Below are positions 23,745 through 36,392 of a DNA stretch of 64,000 nt, piece after piece. The notes below the pieces were generated by a model. The model saw nothing but the letters and a program-made list of their open reading frames with translations. It was not told the origin of the DNA and did not search any database. The stretch is from Eledone cirrhosa. Lineage: Eukaryota. Location of the stretch: assembly GCA_964016885.1 (NCBI GenBank), contig OZ024742.1:222766001-222830000 (forward strand), given 5' to 3'. The stretch's first letter is position 1, and each line of letters begins with the position of its first letter. The position numbers and the translations under genes were made by a program.

Positions 23745-23919
23745 GTCTTAGTTACAACAAAGTTCTTCTTCCAATCTTGTGGAAATTTCTGTGTGACTTA
23801 GGTCCCAACTGTGGCCTTAAAGTGTTTCTGGAGATGTTTCCTCAGGGCCCCAATGCCACCTTACATCCTGTGTTTAGCCTTCTTTCATTGTTTTCTGAGT
23901 CAGCTGGACACTTGATAAC
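23745..23919 (+). CDS. UBE3B: UBE3B exon 12 (GLSYNKVLLPILWKFLCDLGPNCGLKVFLEMFPQGPNATLHPVFSLLSLFSESAGHLIT)
   Basis: ttcttacag|gt ... aac|gtaagt; 175 nt, phase 1-2; LWxFxCxLGP motif. Confidence 0.94.
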
Positions 23920-24329
23920 GTAAGTATTTTACATTGAGAGCATTTTTATATACAAACCAGTGAAAACATATGGCCTAGTGGTTAAGGTATTGGACTCATG
24001 ACTATAAAGTCCCAGGACAGCACAGCATGTTCAGTTTTTGAGCACAACACTTCATTTCATGTTGCTTTTCATGATAGGACTGGGGTCCTTATTATTAAAA
24101 CAATCAAGAAACCTATGAGATACAATCTAGTAGGAGGCCAGCTAAACCTACAAAAGTATGAGCTGTAAAAACATGATAGGACGGGCTCTTATCATTAAAA
24201 TACCAAAGAAACCTCTTATGAAATAATTCATAGGAGGCCAGCTAAACCTACATAAGTGTGAGCTGTAACAACAACAGTAACAGTTCCCAAACTTCTTTTC
24301 TAGTGAGATCCTTATATGATTTTCCAGAA

Positions 24330-25795
24330 ATTGTGAGAGGTTGATGAATGTGGAGAAGTAGGAGAAAGAGAGACTAACTCCAACTGACCCAATAGAGGTA
24401 TCAGCTATTAAAATTGACAGGAGATAAAAAATGGTAAAGCTACTAGTCCATCAGAGATAGTCACTGAGATGCTGAAATCTTCTGAAGAAGTAGGAATTGG
24501 ATTAGGTAACACATAATGGGATCATACCCAATGATTGGCATAGCAGTATACTCATTAATTGTTAGAAGGGAAAAGTTGATGTGCTAGAAAGCAGAAACTA
24601 CAGGGGCATAAAACTAATGGACCAATTTATGAAAGTATCAGAAAGAATTTTAGCACTGTTAATTAGGGAAAGAGTTAAATTAGTTGAGATGTAGTTTGGT
24701 TTTTCATCAGGGAGGAGCACCAAAAATGCCCTTAGTGAGACAACTACATGAGAAGTTCCTAACTAAGTGTAAGCCACTGTATCTAGCTTTCATGGAATTG
24801 GTGGTCCTACGATAACTCTGCATAGAAGAATGGCTTGTGAGTATAGTTAATGAGTTTAATGAGGAATTCAATGTGCAGGTAGGTGTTCATCAGGGTTCAG
24901 TCCTCAGCCCACTACTGTTTATTATAGTTCTCCAAGCCATAACAGATAAATTTAAAACTGGCTGTCTATAGGAATTTCTATATGTTGATGACCTGATTCT
25001 TATAATTGAATTGGTCGAAGAGCTAAAGAAGAAATTCTGGCTTTGGAAACAGAAATTAGAGTCAAAAAGGCTTATGGTAAATTTAGGAAAAACTAAAGTT
25101 TTAGTAAGTAGGAAAGAAAACAGAACTCTGGTCCCACCATAAAAGTGGCCTTGCTCAATATATAGTAAACGAGTAGGTAGAAGCTCTATATGATGTACAC
25201 AATGTAAATCTTGGGTACACAAGTGGTGTCATGGGATAGCTGGTAGACTAACCCAAAAAAGGTAGATTTTGTATCGAACCAATGCACAGGGATAATTGGT
25301 AGTAAGAGAATCAGTGAAATAAAAACTTTTCCAATCACAGGAAAGCTCTATAGAAGTGTTTGATAACTTCTGTTACTCAGGTGATCTAATTAGCAGTGAC
25401 GAGTATAGTAGCTAGAATAGAAAAAGTTCAGAAAACTATTGCCTCCATTGACAACTAAAGGTTTCTCTTTACGAACAAAAGGCTGACTGTGATTCATGTA
25501 TGTGATGTAGCATGGTAGTGACACATGAGCAGGGAATGGAGGATATGTGAAGGCTGGTAAGAAATGAAGCAAGCATGTTCCAATGGATGTGCAATATAAA
25601 TATGCATGAATGATAAAGCATGGATGGACTGAGAGAAAATCTGGGCATAAGAGGAATCAGTTGTAGGGTGCAAGAAAGAAGACTGCACTAATCTGGGCAT
25701 GTGATGCATATATATGGATGATGATCGTTGGGTGAAGAAGTGCCAAGAAATCCCACTAGGAGGAAACTGCAGTAGACCTGGGCAGAGGTGGTGAG
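24330..25795 (+). mobile_element. Old degenerate RTE fragment (RT region)
   Basis: Decayed NYRGIKL, GVHQGSVLSPLLF and YVDDL motifs with multiple stops and frameshifts. Confidence 0.85.
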
Positions 25796-25900
25796 AGCTG
25801 GTTTTGGTAATGATGATTTTTTTTTTAAATGTCAAAATATAATAGAAATTTTTTTGAAATCTATTCTAGTTATGTGAGTCTTGTATTTTCTATTGTGCAG

Positions 25901-26019
25901 CACCCTTGATGACATTGAGATGTATGAACAGCAGCGCATGTTTTCTCTACAAGACTACATCAAGATGAGTGATTTCCTTAATCACTTTGTTTTCAAAGTT
26001 ATCTGGAATTCTTTAATAG
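25901..26019 (+). CDS. UBE3B: UBE3B exon 13 (TLDDIEMYEQQRMFSLQDYIKMSDFLNHFVFKVIWNSLI)
   Basis: ttgtgcag|c ... atag|gtaggt; 119 nt, phase 2-1; LDDIExYExQ motif. Confidence 0.95.
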
Positions 26020-26139
26020 GTAGGTTCCGAATATTTGAGTTGTTAACAATATCTTTAATAGTACTTTACAATCATAATGTTCCCGGTTCAATCCAATGCA
26101 TGGTATCATTTACCATAGCCTCTATTCAGCCTATGCTTT

Positions 26140-26350
26140 TTAACCCTTTAGCATTTAAACTGGTTGTATCCAGCCAGAATTTTTTCACCTCTGTTCAAAC
26201 AGGCCATAACTGGCTGCTCAAACTGATGTTAAGGTATTCTTCTCAAAATCATAACATCAAAATGTTCTAGATTCGATATTATGTGAGATAAAGCCTTTAC
26301 CATGAAAATACAATAGTATATATAGAGTAATGTAAATGCTAAAGGGTTAA
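26140..26350 (+). mobile_element. piggyBac-like MITE family 1, intact ends
   Basis: ttaaccctttagcattta ... taaatgctaaagggttaa, a perfect 18-bp inverted match including TTAA. Confidence 0.85.
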
Positions 26351-27147
26351 GGGAAGTTGGCTAGTCAGAAACTGGATTGTACCTGTAATTCAAAGAGCCA
26401 GGCTTGTTGCAGTGTGTCACAATAAATCTCCCTGAGAAGTACATTACGGGTACTCTTGTCTGTGAAATGCTCAGCCACTTACTCATTAATTTCATGAACA
26501 GGTTATTCTATTGATGGAACAACCAGAACACTCATCATAGAAATCAACAGAAGCCCATTCCATTCCGCCAATGTTTGAATTGTTAATGTCTTTTGTTTTA
26601 TTTTCTTTATTATATAATTTATTCTTGGTGTTGGTGAAGGTTCCCAGCCTAGTAGTTAGAATGTTGAGCAAGGTACTTCATTTTATGTTGCTCCAGTTCA
26701 CTCAGCTCAAAATAAGTACCATCAGCAGTAGCAGCTGGCACTGGAAATTAGCCCTACAATGGACTGATGTCGTATCCAGGGTAAAGTCTTGTACTTTCAG
26801 TCACTGAAGACCAATGGAACAGGGATAAGCTGTGGTCTGATGAGTCTCTAGGCTTGGGACAGACAGTGTTTTTGTGTTGGCCCAATTTGTTGTTGTTACC
26901 ACTACTATTACTACTACTGACATGGTGTTTATAGTGTTGGGTTCACTATTGTAAGGCTGTAGGTTCAATACCATGACATGGTTGAGTATTGTGTCTTAAG
27001 ATGAGACACTTCATTTCAAGTTGTCTCAGTCCACTCAGCCAAAACAAAAAATAAGCACCTGTGATGATCTGGCATCTTGTCCAGGTCTCAAATGCTTAAT
27101 GCCACGTGAGATTGGGTTAAGTTCCAGCCTGATAGCCCTTTTAACCT

Positions 27148-27408
27148 AACCCTTTCATTACCATATTTTTAATGAAAGAAATTGCCTATGATTTTCAAGT
27201 AATTTTGAAAATAATCAAGAATTTGATGGGATTTAGTAATATAACTAACTAACTTTATTATTAAACTGGTGTTTGAAACATTACTTCACAAATGTTCTTA
27301 CATGAAATTATTAAGGAAGGATTCTAAATAAATATAAACTCTTGAATATAGACAGTTTTGTATCATAGAACCAGGGACGGTTTCAGGCAGTTTGGTACCA
27401 AAAAGGTT
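27148..27408 (+). mobile_element. TTAA MITE family 2 (fragments also near 10547, 10677, 16051, 17160-17412, 19028-20560)
   Basis: aaccctttcattaccatatt...tttggtaccaaaaaggtt; recurring gattttcaaataattttgaaaa and ttttgtatcatagaaccag motifs. Confidence 0.7.
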
Positions 27409-27416
27409 TGCTGCTG

Positions 27417-27417
<1 letters not shown>

Positions 27418-27483
<66 letters not shown>

Positions 27484-27532
27484 TACCACCACCACCACCA
27501 CCACCACTACCACCACCATCACTATCATCACT
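27418..27532. repeat. (TAC)n(CAC)n microsatellite just upstream of the exon 14 acceptor
   Basis: Directly visible. Confidence 0.97.
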
Positions 27533-27561
27533 ACCTCTATTTTCTTTCACTTAATATACAG

Positions 27562-27676
27562 ACTTTCAAATGTCTAGTTCGTGTAACGTCTTCACTGCTG
27601 CCCGCAGTCTACTAATGATTCTTTATGAAAGGGACAGTCGAAGAACATTCACTCCTAAGGACCATTGGTTAATTCG
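27562..27676 (+). CDS. UBE3B: UBE3B exon 14 (DFQMSSSCNVFTAARSLLMILYERDSRRTFTPKDHWLIR)
   Basis: atatacag|ac ... tcg|gtaagt; 115 nt, phase 1-2; LYERDxRRxFTPxDHWL motif. Confidence 0.94.
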
Positions 27677-28532
27677 GTAAGTTAAATTGTTTACTAATCA
27701 TTGTGTGTTTGCAGCCACTGATAATTCAATACTTGCTATGCCTACAACAACTATTTTAACCTGAACATTGCTGTATTTTTATTGAAATATACTGTATTTT
27801 AATGAATTAATGAAGAATTTGGAGGGATTTACTAAAATTATTAATTAATTGGATTCACAATTGTGAGGTTGCAAGTTTGATTCCCAGACTGGATGATGTA
27901 TTACGTCCTTGAGCAGAACACATTATATCACATTGCCCTTTCTTCCAGGAGTTATGACTGGTAGATAGTATCAGCAATGGAAAGACCTTGGTCTGATTTG
28001 ACAAGTTCAAGCAAATAAGGTCAAATCGATTCGATCAGAGATGGCATTTGTAACATAACATAACATAACATAAAGGGTTCTTATATCAAATTTTTTTATA
28101 GGATTTTAATTTAAACCTACTGTTAGCATATCTCTAATGAAATAGACTGTATTGGAGTTTATAGAAGCCATCTCTGTAAAGTGATTGGTTGGTTGGTGAT
28201 AGGAAGAGCACACAGCCATAAAAATCCTGCCAAATAATGGATCAAGAAGATTCTTCAACTATATCAAACACATAACAACTTCCATAGTCTTGGTGACAAG
28301 GAAATTCATTCAGTAGTGTGCGGGATCATATGTCGGGACCCAGGCCCATCTGGAGGTCAACATCTATTTCGTAGCAGAAAAAATGGACACTTAAGGATGG
28401 TGATCCTATTCAATGTAACAAAGGAAATAGATATGAAAATTCAAAGAAAAAAATGCAGATAGATTTAATAGCATTTTGTCATGAATAATGATGACCTTTC
28501 TCTCTGACTTTTTTTTATTTTTTTATTTATAG

Positions 28533-28632
28533 CGATGTGAAACCATCCACTATAATTTCCGAACTTGAAGCTGGCAGAAAAAATGCTCAATTTATTATGC
28601 AAAAGATTCCACACATCATACCATTTAGTGAG
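28533..28632 (+). CDS. UBE3B: UBE3B exon 15 (DVKPSTIISELEAGRKNAQFIMQKIPHIIPFSE)
   Basis: ttatttatag|c ... gag|gtaact; 100 nt, phase 2-0; IPHxIP motif. Confidence 0.94.
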
Positions 28633-30017
28633 GTAACTATTTTATTATTTTTTAGTCTTTAGTGGCACTTCTGGCAGGAGTTATAACCAACAGATAGTAT
28701 CAGCAATGAAAAGACCAAAGGGAACATAGTTTCTTTAGTCTAATCTGATGATTGATTATTTTCCTTTCCTTTCATATCCCAGACAAACCCTTATAATTTT
28801 CACAGTATTTGTTTTTCCTCTCTGCATGCTTGAGTTCAAATTGTGCTACGGTCACCTTTGCCTTTCATTCTTTCAGGGTTAATAAATAAATTACTAACCC
28901 AAGGTGGTGAATTGGCAGAATTATTAGAGCATTTGGCAAAATGTCTTGTGGTATTCATTCTGAATCTTGTGTTTTGAGTTCAAATCCCACTGAGGTCTGC
29001 TTGGTTGGTAGACTTAATTTATCTACCAGTTTAACATCACAACTTGGCTCTTGAGTACCTTAAGCAGAATTCACATTGTTGGAAGCATTCAGACCAAACC
29101 TCCAGTTTGAAGACATCTACCCCTCTCCCTCCTTCAAAATATAGATGCTCTGATAAAGGTTCACTGCCCTTCAGTCCCAACTAAACACTAAAAAGTGGTC
29201 TTGGTCACAGCCATTCACTCCCCAACTAAACAGTAAAAAAGTGTCATAGGTACAGCCCTTCACTCCCTAACAAAACAAAGAAACATTCTTTATGTAAGAA
29301 TCAGCAAACAGTATTTGATGCTATGTGACAAAACTAAATATTTAGCTTACTTTTGCTGTTATTGTAAATGAGGACATAACAACTTCCCTAGTGCTGTTGC
29401 CAAGATAAAAAGCACCCAGTACACTATAAAGTGGCTGGTGTTAGGATGAACATCCAACTGTAGAATTCATACCAAACAAAGAGTTAAGAAAACTTCAGTT
29501 GTGTCAGGGACTTGTCAACCTCCTTAGTGCTGGTATCACTATGAAAAGCACACAGTACACTCTGTAAAGTAGTTGATTTTAGGAAGAACATTCATCCATA
29601 GAAATCATGACAAAAAGGGTTTAGAGGACTCTTTAGTCACATCAAGGGCATAACATCATTCATAGTGCTGGCAATGCCATAAAATACCCCCAGTACACTG
29701 TAAAGTGGTTGATGTTAAGAAGGACATCCAGCTGTAGAAACAATACCAAAACTGGGATGTATGTAAGCAAGATGTTCCCAGCCTGTCTAGCAGGACAATA
29801 GCTTTAAGTACTGATTTGGAAAACTCATGGAAAAGTGAACATGAAATGATGATTTTTATGCATAGGGCATTACATTTTTTAGACAGAAGTAATTGTACAG
29901 CATTCATGCATTTTCTCAAGTATTTTTGAACAGTTACTAAGAATGATGCAAACCCTCTTGACACACAGGGAAAGTGCCCCCATTTTATATGGCACTTATA
30001 ATTATTACAATTATTTT

Positions 30018-32372
30018 AGGGATGGGGGAAGTAGAGAAGACTATCAAGTGGCCAGGAGGGAAGCTAGGAGACAAGTGTACTTCGCAAGAAGGGAAGCAGA
30101 GGAAAGAAAGTTCAAGCATGTTCTACAACGTGAGGACCAAAAACGTGAGGTGTTCAGGATTGCTAGGCAATGTGTCAAGGAAAACCGTGATATTGTCGGG
30201 GAGAAGTGTGTACTTAATGATGACGGCGTACTTGCCATCACCGACGCTGATAAGAAGGTAGCTTGGAAGTGTCACTATGAAAGGCTACTAAATTAGGAGA
30301 ATAAATGGGAGAAAGACAGTATCCCCCACATCGACCCAATAGAGGGACCAGCAGTGTTAGTCGAGGGTAGTATAATAAGTAAGGCAATCAAGGATATGAA
30401 GACGGGTAAGGCGGCTGGGCCTTCGGAAATAGTTGCTGAGATGCTGAAGGCATCTGGCACGGTGGGACACACCATGGTCACCCGGATAGTTAACCAAGTC
30501 GTACAGAATGGGGTTGTTCCGAAGGACTGGCATAGCAGCATCATCGTTAACTGTTGTAAGGGTAAAGGAGATGCCCTAGATAGGAGTAACTATAGAGGCA
30601 TTAAATTAATCGACCAGGTCATGAAGGTCACGGAAAAAGTAATAACGCAACTAATCAGAGAGAGAATTGACCTAGATGAAATGCAGTTCGGGTTTGTGTC
30701 AGGCAAAAGTACCACAGACGCTCTTTTCATTGTACGACAACTACAGGAGAAGTACCTAGCTAAAGGTAAACCCCTCTACTTAGCTTTTGTCGACTTGGAG
30801 AAAGCCTTCGACAGAGTCCCCCGTTCCATTATCTGGTGGGCCCTTAGAAAACTAGGTGTCGACGAATGGCTTGTGAGAGCTATACAAGCCATGTATAAAG
30901 AAACAGTCAGCAAGGTTAGAATTAACAACGAATATAGTGAAGAGTTTAGCGTAAAAGTTGGCGTCCATCAGGGCTCTGTTCTCAGCCCCCTACTATTTAT
31001 TATTGCCCTTCAGGCTATAACAGAGGAGTTCAAGACCGGCTGCCCATGGGAACTCCTATACGCAGACGACCTAACACTCATAGCTGAATCAATGGCCGAG
31101 CTAGAGAAGAAATTCCAAACATGGAAGCACGGCCTAGAATCAAAAGGCCTTAAAATTAACCTGGCTAAGACTAAAGTTCTAGTTTGTAGGAAAGAAAATA
31201 AGGCGGCGGTCCCTTCCGGGAAATGGCCATGCTCAGTGTGTAGGAAAGGCGTAGGTAGAAACTCCATTTTATGTCCCAAATGCAAAGTATGGGTGCATAA
31301 AAGATGTAGTGGGATCACAGGTAAGCTAACTAAGAACATAGATTTTACATGTGGCCGGTGCTCTGGTGCAATAAGTAGCAGCAAGTGCCCACAAAATACT
31401 AGCTCTTACAACTGAGCAGAGGGCTCTATAGAAATAGTGGACAGCTTCCGTTACCTGGGTGACAAAATCAGCAGTGGGGGAGGGTGCTCTGAAAGTACAG
31501 TAGCTAGAGTCAGAACTGGATGGAAAAAGTTCAGAGAGCTTATACCACTATTAGCCGCTAAAGGGTTCTCCCTAAAAATGAAAGGCAGGTTGTATGATGC
31601 CTGCATACGAACAGCAATGTTGCATGGCAGTGAGACCTGGGCAGTGTGTGCAGAGGATATACGCAGACTAGAGAGGAACGAAGCTTGCATGCTCCGCTGG
31701 ATGTGTAATAGTAACATACGTGAACGGCAAAGCATAGACGAACTAAGGAAAAAATTAGAAATAAGAGGGATCAGATGTTGTTTACTCGAGAGAAGGCTAC
31801 GTTGGTATGGACACGTGATGCGCATGAAAGTCGATAGCTGTATAACAAAGTGCAGGGCAATAAAGATAGACAGTAGCCACGGAATAGGCAGACCTAGAAA
31901 AACCTGGGACGAGCTGATAAACTCCGACCTCACACACTTACACCTCTCCAAGACAATGTCACCTTTGGCGGTACTCAGTAATAGAGAAGACCCGCCTTAC
32001 CTAAATACAAAGTAAAACCTACTACAGTCAGTAGGCATCTCTAACAAAATACACCCCACCACCCCCACACCGCCCCCTTCTATGTAAAGTTATGTTGGTG
32101 CCACACCATCCAGGCCGAAACAAATGAGATCGTGTAGGTGTCACGACAAAAAACACACAGTCCACGCTGTAATGTGGCCGTGTAGGCAACACGGTAAAAA
32201 CCTCCCAGACCCACACTGTAAATGTGGTTGGTGTTAGGAAGGGCATCCAACTGTAGAAAACCTGCCAGACAGTCCTATGCGAGCAAGACAATCACTCTTG
32301 CCTCAAGTGGGAAAACCCCCGTCCAAACCCATGCAAGCGTGGAACACGGACGTTAAACGTTGATGATGATGA
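30018..32372 (+). mobile_element. RTE-clade non-LTR retrotransposon, 5'-truncated, young but disrupted
   Basis: RT motifs QFGF, AFVDLEKAFDRVP, GVHQGSVLSP, YADDL, FRYLG; C4HC3 finger; (GAT)n tail. Stops at 30294 and 31413 and an 11-bp deletion near 31962. Confidence 0.93.
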
Positions 32373-32850
32373 ATCTAATAAATATTACTGAGATGATGAG
32401 ATATTTTTCTGAATTAAGAGAAACCATCTATATTTAATTTGTTTTCATCATTACCACCATTATCATCATTTTACATCCTTTTTTCATGCTGGCATGGATT
32501 GGTTTGGTTGTTTCATTTTGAGACTAGATGCTGGATGACCTTCCTAACACTAACTGTCTTATAGAATGTATGAGTACATTTTACTGTGACACCAACATTA
32601 CCATTTTACAAAGTGGATATGGTGCATTTTATCATGGCACTAGCCTTACTATTTTACAGGGGTGCATTTTATCATGGTACCACTCTTACTACTTTACAGG
32701 ATGTAATGGCTGCATTTTATCGTGGCACCAACACTATTGTGATCTTTATTTTGAAGATTTTAGTGATGTCTTAATATCTCATTCTTTCTTTTCCCCTTTC
32801 CTTTTTTTTTTTTACAACAATAATTTTCAAATGTTATCTCTTTGTTTCAG

Positions 32851-32970
32851 CGAGTTGTTTTGTTCCGGAAGTATGTTATGAAGGAGAAAGAGTTCCTGGG
32901 CCTAACAGAGTCTGTCTGTACATCTCCACAGTCTACATTGATAACTATTCATCGGTCACGTATAGTTGAG
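32851..32970 (+). CDS. UBE3B: UBE3B exon 16 (RVVLFRKYVMKEKEFLGLTESVCTSPQSTLITIHRSRIVE)
   Basis: tgtttcag|cga ... gag|gttagt; 120 nt, phase 0-0; start of the HECT region. Confidence 0.95.
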
Positions 32971-33043
32971 GTTAGTATATATATAACTGGTGGCGGCAGC
33001 AGCGATGTTGTTTGTAGTGGTGGTGGCAGTGACAAAATATTTT

Positions 33044-33259
33044 TTAACCCTTTAGGATTTACATTACTCTATATTTACTATTGTATTTTCATGGCAAAGG
33101 CTTTATCTTACAGAATATTGAATCTATGAGATTTTGATGTTATTTATTTTTAGAAAAATAGCTTAATGTTAGTATGAGTGGCCAGTTTCAGCCAGTTTGT
33201 ACAGAAAAAGGTAAAATAATTCTGGCCGGATACAGCCAGTTTAAATGCTAAATGGTTAA
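33044..33259 (-). mobile_element. piggyBac-like MITE family 1
   Basis: Reverse-orientation copy, TTAA-bounded. Confidence 0.8.
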
Positions 33260-33536
33260 TACCACACTGAAGCAAGTCTTTATGAAAAGGGAATGATAAG
33301 AGTGTGTGTGTGTAAGAGAGAAAGTATACATGATACATGATGATTATATTATTTGCATGTGTGTGTGCATATATATATAAATATAAGAATTAAAATGTCA
33401 TATTGATCATACTGATCTTTAATACTTGGTGGTTGTTTCTATTTAAACCCTGGTATTTCCATGGTTTCAGCCAGTATATATTATTTCACCATCATATCAT
33501 TTCTTCTTATATTTTGTCTTGTTCTTTTTAAAATAG

Positions 33537-33614
33537 GATGGCTATCGACAGCTAGCACAGCTACCTGCCCGGAACCTCAAAGGTGTCATCAGAGTGAAAT
33601 TCGTAAATGAACAG
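33537..33614 (+). CDS. UBE3B: UBE3B exon 17, HECT (DGYRQLAQLPARNLKGVIRVKFVNEQ)
   Basis: aaatag|gat ... cag|gtgagc; 78 nt; KGVIRVKFVN motif. Confidence 0.95.
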
Positions 33615-34470
33615 GTGAGCTGTTAATATGTTTCTCTCTTTGTGCTTCATTATACAAACTTTTCTCTCCTCTTGTTTCCCTTCTCCCTCCCTCTCTCTCT
33701 TTCTTTCTCTCTTATTCTTCTCTCCCTCTGTCACCTCTTTCCTACTCTCTCGCCTCCCCCTTTCTCTAACTATAGTAGTAGAAGCAACAGCAGCATCAGT
33801 AGTGCTAGCAATAGTGGTAGTAGAAGCAGTCTTAATATATATATATATACACATATATATACACCAGGTCCAAAGAACTAAACTCCCAATGTCACTGCCT
33901 CCGTCTCTCCTGCTCTCCCCATTTCTCACTATTGTGAGCAAATGGGGGCCTATGTGCTGGCCACCCCGTTGTCCTCATGGACAGACTAGAGAAGGCATTT
34001 CCCCCGAGGATGTTGAAGGAGATGCACTGGAAGAGCCATTCCAGCTCGCAAGGCTCACACCTGCGGGTAGCCAACTCTGTGCTGATGGAGGTGGCCCTAG
34101 GGCCAAGGACACCAGAAGTCTCCACTGCCACGGGTTGTTGTAGTAGTAGTCAGTGGCATGCATTCCTAAGATAAACATTTGATTACCCTAATTTGATTAC
34201 CATAATTTTATAGACTACCAGATTCGTTATCATACATGTGTTTTATAGCCCCTTTACAGGCTTCAGCATACACATCATGAGGTGTCCTTTTTTGTAACAA
34301 TGTATTACAGCCACATGCCCTTCTTGGTACTAAACTGTTTAGTCACTTCTTACAACACAAGCAGGGATATATTATGCCTATTCTAAACTAGATACACACA
34401 GTATCTATAAACAAAATGGTATATTTACTGTTTCAACAATTTCTTCAGAGTTTTTTGTTTGTTATTCCAG

Positions 34471-34569
34471 GGTTTAGATGAGGCAGGAATTGACCAAGAT
34501 GGTGTCTTTAAAGAATTTCTAGAAGAAACAATTTCTAGAGTATTTGACCCATCTCTGAGCCTATTCAAG
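34471..34569 (+). CDS. UBE3B: UBE3B exon 18, HECT ([33 protein letters not shown])
   Basis: attccag|ggt ... aag|gtaagc; 99 nt. [14 protein letters not shown] is UBE3B-type (UBE3C has GIDGGG). Confidence 0.97.
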
Positions 34570-34909
34570 GTAAGCAACTATTTCCCCAAATATAAACAAA
34601 CATTACAAACTGTTGATTTAACCATATTTCACTGGTACATTATTTTATTGGCCTTTAAGGAATGAAAGCAATTAACCCCAGTATTTCATAGGTACTTTAT
34701 TTTATTCATGACCTCTTGAAGGATGAAAGGCAAAGTTACCTCAGTGGGATTTGAACTCAGAACACAGAGAACTGAAACAAATACTACTAAGCATTTTGTC
34801 CTATGCTCTTACAACTCCGCCAATTTACAGCCTATTTACAGTATCTAAAACAAATGTTAGGTCTTTGACCATGGTTGTTTTATAGGGACCCATTTTCGAT
34901 TGGAGTACA

Positions 34910-35310
34910 TGAAAGTACTTCTTCTTTGCCCACTCATTCCTGAGAGGGTCCTGTCAGAAGCAACCATCTTTAATTGATCTGGCTGGATCCCCGAGCGAAA
35001 CCAGCCAAGTTATGGATGTTATCCATCCATCTTGCTCGGGGTCTACCCCTGGTCCTGCTGGTTGGTTTTGCCTGTAAAATTTGTCCTGAACGATTCTTTC
35101 CTGAAACATTCTAACCATGTGTCTGTAATATCAGAGGTGTGATCTCTCAATTCAGAGAAGTAGCAACTCTCTGATATACGTACGCACTCTATCAAATAAT
35201 GTTACTCCAAAAACCCTTTGGCCAGTTGTATTTGCAATCATCATTTTGGTTGTTGCTCAAGATTCATAACCATAGGTAAGAGTTGGTACAGACACCAATT
35301 CATTTTGCAT
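34910..35310 (-). mobile_element. Second-family RTE-like 3' fragment, degenerate
   Basis: The reverse complement resembles 17545-17945 (gacacatggttagaatgtttc, aggaccaggggtagacccc); ttcttctt tail. Confidence 0.65.
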
Positions 35311-35352
35311 GAAAGTACATAAGAGCACATATTCTTAAATTCTCTTTTACAG

Positions 35353-35460
35353 GCAACTAGTGAACAAAAGCTGTATCCTTCATCAACTTCATACATACAA
35401 GAGGACCACTTGGCGCTTTTTGATTTTTTGGGACGGATGTTGGGAAAAGCTGTCTATGAG
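35353..35460 (+). CDS. UBE3B: UBE3B exon 19, HECT (ATSEQKLYPSSTSYIQEDHLALFDFLGRMLGKAVYE)
   Basis: ttttacag|gca ... gag|gtaaac; 108 nt; GxMLGKAVYE motif. Confidence 0.96.
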
Positions 35461-35582
35461 GTAAACACATACACACATATATTATGTATTATAATGAAAT
35501 AAAAGTCATATGTATCATTCTGTGATACATATGACTAAAGATGGCTTCTAGTTTACAACTAAACTTTCAATATATATATATA

Positions 35583-35929
35583 TCATCATCATCATCATCA
35601 TTTCATTTTACGTCCGCTTTTCCCTGCTTGCAAGGGTGGGACGGGAACTGATTCTGGCTTGATTTCTACAGCTGGATGCCCTTCCTAACACAAACCTCAT
35701 TTACAGTGAGTGCTGGGTGCTTTTTTGCCGTGGCACCTCCACGACCACTTTACAGTGGAAGGATTTGGACCCCAGTCCCTATCATCTCATTTCTACAGCT
35801 GAGTAAACTGGAGCAATGTGAAATAAAGTGTCTTGCTCAAGGAAACAACACATCACCCGGTCTGAGAATTGAACTCACAACCTTTCGATTGCAAGGCCAA
35901 TGCTCTAACCACTAAGCCATGTGCCTCCA
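35583..35929 (-). mobile_element. SINE family A copy
   Basis: Reverse complement near-identical to 6836-7167; (CAT)n tail; TA flanks. Confidence 0.88.
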
Positions 35930-35986
35930 TTATATATATACGTATATATATATATACGGTAATATATATACGTATATATATATATA

Positions 35987-36392
35987 CAGTAATAGAGAAG
36001 ACCCGCCTTACCTAAATACAAAGTAAAACCTACTACAGTCAGTAGGCATCTCTAACAAAATACACCCCCCCACCCCACCCCACCCACACCGCCCCCTTCT
36101 ATGTAAAGTTATGTTGGTGCCACACCATCCAGGCCGAAACAAATGAGATCGTGTAGGTGTCACGACAAAAAAACACACAGTCCACGCTGTAATGTGGCCG
36201 TGTAGGCAACACGGTAAAAACCTCCCAGACCCACACTGTAAATGTGGTTGGTGTTAGGAAGGGCATCCAACTGTAGAAAACCTGCCAGACAGTCCTATGC
36301 GAGCAAGACAATCACTCTTGCCTCAAGTGGGAAAACCCCCGTCCAAACCCATGCAAGCGTGGAACACGGACGTTAAACGTTGATGATGATGA
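35987..36392 (+). mobile_element. RTE 3' fragment with TSD atacgtatatatatata
   Basis: Near-identical to 31976-32372; the flanking TA-rich sequence is duplicated. Confidence 0.9.

Noticed and set aside
26830-26870. CTGATGA followed by a hairpin as a third hammerhead
   Set aside because: No GAAA after the stem and no stems I or III. It is the 3' part of SINE family C.
27298-27615. Poly-V, poly-T and poly-Y/H ORFs
   Set aside because: Translations of a microsatellite.
30354-32015. Intact, active LINE or domesticated RT gene
   Set aside because: It is 5'-truncated with no endonuclease domain, and has two in-frame stops and an 11-bp frameshifting deletion.
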